Assembly: GCA_016791465.1 (NCBI GenBank)
Contig: JAEUWE010000515.1
Span: 1 to 39,522 of the forward strand
Direction: 5' to 3'
DNA length: 39,522 nucleotides
From: Pseudobdellovibrionaceae bacterium
GTDB lineage: Bacteria > Bdellovibrionota > Bdellovibrionia > Bdellovibrionales > JAMPXM01
The notes beneath the pieces are model-generated. The model saw only the letters and a program-made list of their open reading frames with translations. It was not told the origin of the DNA and did not search any database. A program made the translations under genes and the position numbers. Positions 7,341 to 14,938 of this stretch are shown piece after piece. Numbering within the stretch: position 1 is the first letter of the stretch; each line of letters starts with the position of its first letter.

Positions 7341-8425
7341 AGAGAAGGTTTATAGGCCTCAAAAAAACGATCCAGCACCATCGGCGTCAGGCGATAGCCA
7401 TCAAAGTCTTTCATCGTGTTGAGAGATTCATTGAATCCCCCTTGGCAACGGGCCCATAAAATAGAATCGAGAGCGAAATAGGCTCGAGTCAACAGCGAGC
7501 GATCTGTGTCTGCTGCGCTCGCAAGCAGCAGACCGGTCCGTGGAACAGTCCGAATGAGGCCGGTACGAAAGTAGTTGGCCGCATCGCACGCCAGAATGCC
7601 AACAATCTTTGGTGGATGAGCGGTCGTCTGAAGCGCCGACAACATTTTGTCATAACCAGAGCGATCACGCTGATACTCTTCGTAGGCGATTGAACCGTTC
7701 GCACGACGAGCGGCAGGCGTAAAGCTTGGGCCACCACCTTTTCGAGCGTGGCCCGCATAGAGAACAACATCGGCGTCGCGAAGAGCGCTATGGAAAAACT
7801 TTTCTGCTTCATGAGACGCGCGCGCTTGCGCGCTGGGCCCCTCATCACTGCTGCTCCCGCTGATGCGAAGTTCAACCGTGTGTGTGCGACCGCTGGGACC
7901 GACGATCTCCTTGGTGAAGAGATTCATATCGGATTCGGAACGTTTAAAGTCGCAAGCTCGAACATTGGACTCGCAAAGATCGGGATTGCTTGCGGCCTTT
8001 GCTCCTATGCACTCGGGCAGGCGCCTCACGCAGGGGCGAATCAATTGTTCAATAAGGACGGCGCGCAAGAGGCTATCGTCTGATTTCTTTGATGTCTCGC
8101 TATCGATAAAACCAAATGCAATTCGAATATCAATTTTGTCTTTTGAATAGAAATCGGCCCAGGCCTTACTGCAGATGGTCTTTGGATCACTCGCGTCGGA
8201 CGGTGTCGCTTCTCCGGCCGAGAATGCGTCGCAGTCGGGGCACTTGTGACGAAATGAATCCATCAGATCATGTGCATACTGAATCATTTCCGGAAGCTTC
8301 ACCTCTTGCGAAATCGTCTGCGGCGACTTCGCGTTTGCAGACTTCGCTACTGGTTTTGTCTCCGCGGCACTTCCGCCGACGACCGAAAGGATGACACCCA
8401 AGAAAACAACCAGATGTGGCATCAT
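7337..8425 (-). CDS. Secreted Cys-rich hypothetical protein with a caspase/CHAT-like His...Cys pattern
   Basis: 362 aa. Signal peptide MMPHLVVFLGVILSVVGGSAA. Has DVVLYAGHARKGGG (His226) and KIVGILACDAANY (Cys280). Each follows a hydrophobic strand, and they lie 54 residues apart. The ATGA overlap with the upstream gene suggests translational coupling. Confidence 0.55.
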   Translation of the reverse strand: MMPHLVVFLGVILSVVGGSAAETKPVAKSANAKSPQTISQEVKLPEMIQYAHDLMDSFRHKCPDCDAFSAGEATPSDASDPKTICSKAWADFYSKDKIDIRIAFGFIDSETSKKSDDSLLRAVLIEQLIRPCVRRLPECIGAKAASNPDLCESNVRACDFKRSESDMNLFTKEIVGPSGRTHTVELRISGSSSDEGPSAQARASHEAEKFFHSALRDADVVLYAGHARKGGGPSFTPAARRANGSIAYEEYQRDRSGYDKMLSALQTTAHPPKIVGILACDAANYFRTGLIRTVPRTGLLLASAADTDRSLLTRAYFALDSILWARCQGGFNESLNTMKDFDGYRLTPMVLDRFFEAYKPSL

Positions 8426-9267
8426 GGCGTCTCCAGGCTATCAAGACAGGCACGACGAACTTCGGCATCACCGAGTCGCTGACAATAGAGGAGTGGTTTT
8501 TTCTCGCTCGACCAATATTTGGCTTTTTGAGATTCGGGAAGCGACGCCAAAAGCGCGTAGGCGCTGATTTTCACCTGCTTGGTTTTGCCTGTGGCGGCCT
8601 CTTTAATAAACACCAGTATGTTTTTCTGATGCTGATCCTGATCTCGCGTCATCCAATCGACCGCGAGCATTCGCAGCTCGGGCTGATTGGCCCGAAGAAG
8701 CGCATTCAATTCTGTAAAAGTCGGTCGATAACCAACAGCGGATAGACCACCGAGTATGCCGAGGCGAACAGAGAGTGCCGCTTCCGGTTTTAACGCGCGT
8801 GCCATAAATGTCGGCCCTGAGAACGTTTTCGCACATTTGGAGTCGAGTATGACTTCGAGCTGCGAGAGCTTTGCCGTTGAAATATCCGGCTCCTGATTGA
8901 GTTGAGGCCACGAGCTCTTGAGTCGCTGACTGAGGTCACAACTCCAGAGCGAATGTCCATCGACAAGGGTGCGAGCCGTGATAATGGCCAAGTCGTGTTC
9001 TGATATCGTCGGATTTTTTATCCAAGTGGCCAAGGCACCAGTGGCCCTCTTGAGATCTGCTTCAGAAAGATTGATGAGTGCTTTCGTGCGCGCAGCACTC
9101 GCGTCCTCATCTTGTCCTACTCGTGTGACCTTCTTCAACCATTCGCAATCAGCACAGTCCGATGTCTTGGCTTGCACCTGCATCTGCGCTTGTGCCACGT
9201 TGGAAAACAACGCAAACACAAGCGCGGAGAATGAAACGGCATAAGCTGTCGAAATCGATGGCTTCAT
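8422..9267 (-). CDS. Secreted all-helical hypothetical protein (possible HEAT/ARM-like repeats)
   Basis: The track ORF extends to a TTG at 9444. The ATG at 9267 gives a clean signal peptide (MKPSISTAYAVSFSALVFALFSNVAQA) and avoids overlap with the terminator and the upstream gene. 282 aa. Confidence 0.55.
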   Translation of the reverse strand: MKPSISTAYAVSFSALVFALFSNVAQAQMQVQAKTSDCADCEWLKKVTRVGQDEDASAARTKALINLSEADLKRATGALATWIKNPTISEHDLAIITARTLVDGHSLWSCDLSQRLKSSWPQLNQEPDISTAKLSQLEVILDSKCAKTFSGPTFMARALKPEAALSVRLGILGGLSAVGYRPTFTELNALLRANQPELRMLAVDWMTRDQDQHQKNILVFIKEAATGKTKQVKISAYALLASLPESQKAKYWSSEKKPLLYCQRLGDAEVRRACLDSLETP

Positions 9268-9315
9268 AGCTATCTTATCGGATTGATTGGATTCGTTTTG
9301 AATCACTCTAAAGTA

Positions 9316-9343
9316 AAAAGCCCTCGATTTCTCGAGGGCTTTT
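9316..9343 (-). terminator. Rho-independent terminator after the 875-aa gene
   Basis: AAAAGCCCTCGA / loop TTTC / TCGAGGGCTTTT, a perfect 12-bp stem starting 4 nt after the stop codon (9347..9349). On the minus strand the stem ends in a T run. Confidence 0.6.
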
Positions 9344-9346
9344 CTG

Positions 9347-11974
9347 CTATCTCGTTCGTCCCGGAGTCGTTCCCGACGTTGGGCCGGAGCCCCCTGGCAA
9401 AGTGCCTGAGCCAGATCCAGGCGAGAAGATAATATCTCCGCCAACTCCGCCGCTTCCGAAATACTGGTTCCACTTCGTTTGGAACTGCATGTATTCCTGC
9501 ATGAAGCCCTGGTACAGCCTTAAACGAGACTGCGCCTGATCTTGATAGCGACGTTGCGCTTCGATTTGCAGATTGTACTGTTGCATCTGGAGCTGCAGAT
9601 ACTGCTGCTGTGTATAGGCGTCGGTCCCACCACCTGGGAATGGTGCAAGGAAACCACCACCGGCCATGCCCGGCATTCCCATGTAACCACCGGCAATGCC
9701 GCCAGCCATTCCTGGCATACCCATGTAACCACCGGCAATGCCGCCAGCTAACGCGCCCGCCATTCCCGGCGCACCCATATAGCCCGGCATACCCATGTAA
9801 CCACCTGCGATGCCGCCAGCTAACGCGCCCGCCATTCCTGGCGCACCCATATAGCCCGGCATACCCATGTACCCACCCGCAATACCGCCAGCCAATGCGC
9901 CCGCCATTCCTGGCACACCCATATAGCCGCCAGCCATTCCTGGCATGCCCATGTAACCACCCGCAATACCGCCAGCAATTCCACCGACAAAGCCGCCAGC
10001 ACCGGGATATCCTCCCGGCCAACCGCCGGTACCCCACGGGCCATTCATACCCCACGGGCCAGCACCCGGCATGTACATGCCGCCGCCGATTTGCGGATAG
10101 CCATAGCCCTGCGGATAACCGAATGGTCCACCGACTCCGCCGTAGATGCTGCCGCCCATTCCATACGGACCAGCCATGCCCATCGGTCCAAAGACCGAGC
10201 CGCCGCCGCCCATCATCGGTGAGCAACCATACGAACCATTCATGCCGCCATACATACCGCCGTACAACATCGCCGTGTTATAGGGGAAGAAGCCGCCAAT
10301 GTTCGTCGCGTATGGTAGAGCCTGATTGCCAGTTCTTGCGTTCCATTCGTTGGCTTTGTTGGCCACTTTGTAGTTCGCAAAAATAGAGAGAGCATCAAGG
10401 CCGACCGCGAGCAATGTCTGCCCAGTCGATGGACCACGTGAACGACTCGAACGCTTAAAGCCCGATTCGTAGCACGTTCCAGATGGACAATCGGCCTCCA
10501 TGTCGCGGTCAAGGCGAGCCGCCATTTTGAGATCGCCAATGCGGAAGCCAATGTCAGCGATGTCGTTTTCCATCTTGCCGACTTGCTGTTTCGCGCGATC
10601 GATCTCTTTGGTGATCTTGCGATAGCGCTCAAGCGAACGCGAACAGTTCTGTGCTTGTGCTCCACGAATGTCGCCCTGCTGGAAATAACGATTGCGGCAA
10701 AGCGTTTCCGAAACACCGCCGTCGCTCTTACAGATCGCCTGGAACGGAGGCGACATCACTGTCTCTCCGGGATTGGCAACGTAAGGACGTTTGCTCTCGT
10801 AGCACAGTGTCTTTCCGCCATCGGCGCTGCTCGCTGGGCCTGAGAAGTTCGTAAGATCTCCCCAGTTGTCGCTCGCACTCTCACTCGCCGTGCCGCCGCC
10901 AATGGTCGCCTTGATGCTCACGCGCTCTTGGGCCGGCATTCGGCCGCCGCCAAGTTCGCTTGCCGGCATTCGGCCGCCACTCGGCTGCTCAAGAGCCGAA
11001 AGACAAACCCCATCAGAGTTATACTTACCCTTCTTGCCTTTATTCTTGCCCTTTTCAATAGTGCAAGGATCGCCCGGGTTCTTTGATGGGCTTGGATTTT
11101 TGGGTTCCTCTGGTGGCTTGCTTGGTGGCTTCACCGCTGGCGGTTTGGCCGCTTGCTCTGGAAGCGGACGTTCTTCAATTTTCTCCGGCGGTTTCACCGG
11201 AAAAGTCTGTGCAACTGGAGCTTTTGGTTGTTCGCGAATAACTGGTTTGGGCTCGCGTGTTTCAACCGGCGCTGGCGGTTGCGTCCAGAACTTATTGTTT
11301 GTCGGATCTGCCGATTGCTCAGGTGCAGGAGCTGGCGCCGTCGATGGCATTTTGATGACCACACGCTCAGTCTCGGTGCGTTCACGACGAATCACCTCAG
11401 GTCCTGGATCTTGTGCGACCGGTGGACGCTGCTCTGGTTCCTGCTGCACAGGAGGACGCTGTTGAACAGGAGGACGCGGGGGCGGCTCTTGTGCAACTGG
11501 TGGCTCTTGCTGAACCGGCGGCTGCTGTTGAACAGGCGGAGCCGGAGGAGGACGCTGTTCCGGAGGACGTGGCGGCGGCACGGGCGTCATCGGCGGCTGT
11601 TGCTGAACAGGCGGCTGTGCGCCGACGATGCAACAGTTCATGCCGTATTCCATGTGATAGATCGCGACTTCAGCCCACGCTGGCTTAACGGTCGAATCGA
11701 TCGCCTCTTTCAAGCGTTCGCGATCGCGCTCAAGCTGACTGATCATCTTTTCAAGACGGCGTTTTTCTTGGCGAAGCTCGATGCGATCTTGCTTTAGTTC
11801 AGCAAGCTCATCGTCTTCGTCAGAAGCACCACTCGCCGCGCCTCCGCCCCAAGGACAAGGCTGCATGCCGCCATACATACCGACGCCCCAGTTGCCTTGC
11901 ATCTGAGCGCCAGAAACAGATGAGAACACCATGGTGCCCGTCATCAGGAGTTTTGCCCACTCTTTGAGCTTCAT
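9347..11974 (-). CDS. Large secreted low-complexity protein: coiled coils, Pro/Gln-rich spacer, Cys-containing core, uncharged Gly/Met/Tyr-rich repeat region
   Basis: 875 aa, with RBS GAGGAG and signal peptide MKLKEWAKLLMTGTMVFSSVSGA. Coiled-coil-like charged heptads lie at aa ~55-95 and ~445-490. (Q)QPPVQQEPP-type repeats span aa ~119-190. There is no D/E/K/R from about aa 548 to 784. Tandem units of the form AGALAGGIAGGYMGMPGYMGAPGM are present. The C-terminus is Gln-rich and helical. Confidence 0.8.
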   Translation of the reverse strand: MKLKEWAKLLMTGTMVFSSVSGAQMQGNWGVGMYGGMQPCPWGGGAASGASDEDDELAELKQDRIELRQEKRRLEKMISQLERDRERLKEAIDSTVKPAWAEVAIYHMEYGMNCCIVGAQPPVQQQPPMTPVPPPRPPEQRPPPAPPVQQQPPVQQEPPVAQEPPPRPPVQQRPPVQQEPEQRPPVAQDPGPEVIRRERTETERVVIKMPSTAPAPAPEQSADPTNNKFWTQPPAPVETREPKPVIREQPKAPVAQTFPVKPPEKIEERPLPEQAAKPPAVKPPSKPPEEPKNPSPSKNPGDPCTIEKGKNKGKKGKYNSDGVCLSALEQPSGGRMPASELGGGRMPAQERVSIKATIGGGTASESASDNWGDLTNFSGPASSADGGKTLCYESKRPYVANPGETVMSPPFQAICKSDGGVSETLCRNRYFQQGDIRGAQAQNCSRSLERYRKITKEIDRAKQQVGKMENDIADIGFRIGDLKMAARLDRDMEADCPSGTCYESGFKRSSRSRGPSTGQTLLAVGLDALSIFANYKVANKANEWNARTGNQALPYATNIGGFFPYNTAMLYGGMYGGMNGSYGCSPMMGGGGSVFGPMGMAGPYGMGGSIYGGVGGPFGYPQGYGYPQIGGGMYMPGAGPWGMNGPWGTGGWPGGYPGAGGFVGGIAGGIAGGYMGMPGMAGGYMGVPGMAGALAGGIAGGYMGMPGYMGAPGMAGALAGGIAGGYMGMPGYMGAPGMAGALAGGIAGGYMGMPGMAGGIAGGYMGMPGMAGGGFLAPFPGGGTDAYTQQQYLQLQMQQYNLQIEAQRRYQDQAQSRLRLYQGFMQEYMQFQTKWNQYFGSGGVGGDIIFSPGSGSGTLPGGSGPTSGTTPGRTR
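9656..9994 (-). repeat. In-frame tandem repeat, about 72-nt (24-aa) period plus shorter 30-36-nt sub-units
   Basis: Near-identical copies of GCCAGCTAACGCGCCCGCCATTCC(C/T)GGCGCACCCATATAGCCCGGCATACCCATGTAACC occur about 72 nt apart (around 9744 and 9816). Degenerate copies lie on both sides. They encode GGIAGGYMGMPG(YMGAPG)MAGALA. Confidence 0.8.
11405..11620 (-). repeat. Degenerate coding repeats for a Pro/Gln-rich segment
   Basis: Repeated CTGTTGAACAGGAGG / CTGCTGTTGAACAGG-type units encode PPVQQ(Q/E/R)PP repeats (aa ~119-190). Confidence 0.55.
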
Positions 11975-12364
11975 TTCGTCTCCTCAGAATGACCGCGAAT
12001 TCTGATACGAATTCGAAGCCATACACTTTGCTAAACAGTCTCTCTCATGTCTCATCTCGACATTTTTCGGTCTCAACTTGAGCTGGACTGGACGATCGAA
12101 AACTAGACCAGCACAACGTCGAGAAGATCCGATTCAAATGTCTCGACCATGGGATGGAGAAACGCAGACTGATTTCAAAGCGCCGGCCAATAGGCCAGGA
12201 ATGTCCGCTTATGTGTGGCACGCAAATAACTTCGTGTGCCGATCTCTCGTTCACCATCCATGGTCATTTTCATCCTGCTTTTCGCTTTGAAAACTCTCGC
12301 GAAAACTCGCTTCACAAGAGCTCCAAACTGAAAGAACAGGTGAAAATCGAGCCTTCGGCTTTTC

Positions 12365-12394
12365 TTGCCGCAAAGCTCTCTTCAATCTTACAAT
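12365..12394 (+). promoter_or_regulatory. Candidate sigma-70-type promoter of the REC-kinase / cpaC / cpaF unit
   Basis: TTGCCG (12365..12370), an 18-nt spacer, then TACAAT (12389..12394). Only 11 nt separate the -10 box from the ATG at 12406, and no SD is visible, implying a near-leaderless transcript. Confidence 0.3.
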
Positions 12395-12405
12395 AGAAAA
12401 CAGAA

Positions 12406-13527
12406 ATGAAGCACACCATTCTTTGCGTTGATGACGAAGTCGACAATGTCGATGCCCTAGAGCGCCTGCTGCGAAACAAGTACCGAGTCCTCAAGGCTGT
12501 TTCCGGCGATGCTGCGTTGAAAATCCTCGACCAAAATCGGGTCACAGTGATCATTAGCGATCAGCGAATGCCGCAGATGACGGGCGTCGAATTTTTATCT
12601 CAGTCCCTCCGCACGCACCCAAACGCTATTCGCGTTCTGCTCACCGGCTACGCCGACATCGAAGTCGTGATCGAGGCGATCAATAGCGGCCACATCTATC
12701 GCTACGTCACGAAACCATGGGACCCAGTTGATTTGGTCAACACCATCGATAAAGCGGTTGAACGCTATGAACTGGGCGAGGCCCTAGTTGAAACCAATCG
12801 GAAGCTGAGCGAAGCGCTGGTTGAGCTGCAAACGCTCGATCAAGCGAAGAACCAGTTTATGGTTCTGGTGAATCACGAATTAAAAACTCCGCTCACTACG
12901 ATGCTTAGTTTTTCGGATCTTCTTTCCGAAACCAAACTTGATGTCGACCAAGAGCGCTACTTAAGCCGCATCCGCGCCGCCGCCCATCGCCTGCAGGAGA
13001 TGATCAATGACTCACTCGAACTTGTCTCCGCAGAAACGCAGCAAACCAAACTGAGTCTCGCGCGCCTTAAAACCAAAGAGCTATTTGCCACCGCAGCACT
13101 CCCAGAGGCCATTCACAAGCTGCTTGCCGAGAAACACCTTGAGATGAAACTCGATATCGACAATCAGGATGTCGTTGCCGACGAACGGCTGATCCGAAAT
13201 GTCTACCGTCGACTTCTTCATAACGCCGTAAAATTTGCCGACGCAAACACCGAGATTTGTATCAAGGGACAAAGTCAGGGCGGCCTCTACCACCTTTCGA
13301 TAACCGACACCGGCAAAGCTCTCGATGAATCGAAGGTCAAATCGCTCTTGAAGCCATTCACCTTGAATGAAAACACGCTCAATCACTCGGTCGGCACAGG
13401 GCTTGGACTCAGTATCTCCAATGCACTCTTGAAACTTCACTCCTCTGGACTCGAGTTTAAAACGACTGGCAACACGGTCACAGTCTCGTTTCAACTCGGA
13501 CGAGATCCCGACAAAATCGAGCCGTAG
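12406..13527 (+). CDS. Hybrid two-component protein: N-terminal receiver domain, HisKA, HATPase_c; no sensor or TM domain
   Basis: 373 aa. REC features: ILCVDDE, VIISDQRMPQMTG, YVTKPWD. A coiled linker follows. H-box VNHELKTPL. N-box LLHNAVKFA. DTGKAL (imperfect G1 box). G2 box GTGLGLSI. Confidence 0.85.
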   Translation: MKHTILCVDDEVDNVDALERLLRNKYRVLKAVSGDAALKILDQNRVTVIISDQRMPQMTGVEFLSQSLRTHPNAIRVLLTGYADIEVVIEAINSGHIYRYVTKPWDPVDLVNTIDKAVERYELGEALVETNRKLSEALVELQTLDQAKNQFMVLVNHELKTPLTTMLSFSDLLSETKLDVDQERYLSRIRAAAHRLQEMINDSLELVSAETQQTKLSLARLKTKELFATAALPEAIHKLLAEKHLEMKLDIDNQDVVADERLIRNVYRRLLHNAVKFADANTEICIKGQSQGGLYHLSITDTGKALDESKVKSLLKPFTLNENTLNHSVGTGLGLSISNALLKLHSSGLEFKTTGNTVTVSFQLGRDPDKIEP

Positions 13528-13606
13528 CTTCAGCTCTTGTCTCTCGTTCTTGCATTGATGCCGGATGGCCTCATCAGGCCCCACTCACTGCAAGGAGACG
13601 TTTACC

Positions 13607-14938
13607 ATGTCCGAGCCGCGTCCGCTCCGTCGCATCGGCCTTCAGTTTTTCACTTTCATGACTCTCACGCTGCCAAGTCTCACCTTTGGATCGCCCGCCG
13701 ATTTTGTCGTCGTCGGTCTTGGCGAAAGCCGGCGCATCGAAATCGAGGCTGGCCGACAAGCCCACCTGAGCGATGGCAGCATCGTCAGAAGTCGCGTCTC
13801 GGGGCGCGAAATTATTTTCACCGGCCGACGTATCGGACGTGCCAATCTTCGAATTTTTGGAGGACACGAAAGTGCCGATCGCATGATCTACGTCGTCGAT
13901 CGCAAGGTCGCACGCGGAATCGAAGAGCTGATGGGCCGCCTCGAGGACATGCGAGGTCTCTATCTCGATGCGAATGCACTTCCCGCGCTTGTCGTTAGTG
14001 GTGAACTTTTACGCCTGCAGGACTGGGAAACAATCGCCAAACTTGCTCGTGAACGCGATCTCAACTGGCTGTTTAAACCAACGCTTGCGCCCGCAATGAA
14101 TCGCGCTCTCACGAATGCAATGCGCACTCAGCTTGAGAACACTCAGGCCCAGGCTTATCCGCTTTCCATTGCGGAACAGCGAATTACAATCGCCGTTCCA
14201 GAAACCCCTTCTCCAGGAAACCCAGGCCTGACGCCCCAGCAGAAGAAACATATCGGAGCCATGGGAATCGAGATTCTTCCTGTGTCATCGGTCACGTCGC
14301 TTGAACCACTTGTTCGAACTCGAATCGTCATTGCCGAGATTCGAAAAAGCGAAGCGCGACGCCTTGGGATTAAGCCACCTGACAGCGTTGAAGCCGAACT
14401 CTTGCCTGCATGGAAACTAGGACTGACCGCTCGCATTGAGGCCATGGAACAAGTCGGAGACGGAAAAATTCTCGCAATGCCCAACCTGCTCTGTCGCTCT
14501 GGTGGTGAGGCCAAGTTTCTTGCAGGTGGAGAAATTCCAATTAAGATCGCGACCACAAAGACCTCTCATGTCGACTGGCGAAAGTACGGAATTCAACTGA
14601 TGGTTAAGCCCATCGCCGACGCCAAAGGCCGAATGAAGATAGAGCTCACGACTGAGATCTCAACAATTGATGGAGCCGCGGCAGCCGACGGTATTCCAGG
14701 TCTGCTAGTCAATCGCATTGAGACGCAGTTCAACCTATCCAGCTCCAGAACAATCGTGCTGTCGGGGCTCTTGAAACGGGAAGAATCAAAATCGGCGAGC
14801 GGCCTCCCCCTCCTTCGGTCACTGCCGATTCTTGGTCGTCTTTTTGAAAGCCGATCCTTCAATGACGGCTTGACCGAGCTCATCGCCTTCGTCACTCCCG
14901 AAGTTATCTCCCCTGACTCGGCGGCACTCTCATGGTAA
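13607..14938 (+). CDS. cpaC: Flp pilus secretin (CpaC/RcpA family)
   Basis: The track ORF starts at 13565. The ATG at 13607 follows AAGGAGA with an 8-nt spacer and gives a signal peptide. It has an N-terminal pilus-formation domain pattern (VVVGLGESRRIEI ... GRANLRIF) and a C-terminal secretin domain (GGEIPI, GIPGLLVNRIET, SGLPLLRSLPILGRLF, LIAFVTPEVI). Confidence 0.85.
   Translation: MSEPRPLRRIGLQFFTFMTLTLPSLTFGSPADFVVVGLGESRRIEIEAGRQAHLSDGSIVRSRVSGREIIFTGRRIGRANLRIFGGHESADRMIYVVDRKVARGIEELMGRLEDMRGLYLDANALPALVVSGELLRLQDWETIAKLARERDLNWLFKPTLAPAMNRALTNAMRTQLENTQAQAYPLSIAEQRITIAVPETPSPGNPGLTPQQKKHIGAMGIEILPVSSVTSLEPLVRTRIVIAEIRKSEARRLGIKPPDSVEAELLPAWKLGLTARIEAMEQVGDGKILAMPNLLCRSGGEAKFLAGGEIPIKIATTKTSHVDWRKYGIQLMVKPIADAKGRMKIELTTEISTIDGAAAADGIPGLLVNRIETQFNLSSSRTIVLSGLLKREESKSASGLPLLRSLPILGRLFESRSFNDGLTELIAFVTPEVISPDSAALSW

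Noticed and set aside
8422-9444. Longer 340-aa version of the helical secreted protein starting at a TTG at 9444
   Set aside because: The extension would run through the terminator hairpin (9316..9343) and overlap the upstream gene. The internal ATG at 9267 yields a canonical signal peptide.
9656-9994. Possibility that the regular repeats are a CRISPR array
   Set aside because: The units are contiguous (no unique spacers) and degenerate. They are exactly in frame within a long ORF and have no adjacent cas genes. They are coding tandem repeats.
9303-10386. 307-aa (minus) and 258-aa (plus) ORFs rich in W/R/C/H inside the tandem-repeat region
   Set aside because: They are alternative-frame or antisense readings of the Gly/Met repeat DNA. 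Their bizarre composition (WR, CR, HP runs) and complete overlap with the RBS-equipped 875-aa ORF argue against them.
10866-11797. 199-aa and 214-aa plus-strand ORFs
   Set aside because: They are antisense to the Pro/Gln-rich part of the 875-aa gene. Low-complexity DNA lacks stops in several frames. They have no RBS and no recognisable features.
12214-12230. TGGCAC hexamer upstream of the REC-kinase gene as a sigma-54 promoter
   Set aside because: The sequence is TGGCAC-GCAAA-TAAC. No GC/TTGC element lies at the required -12 spacing.
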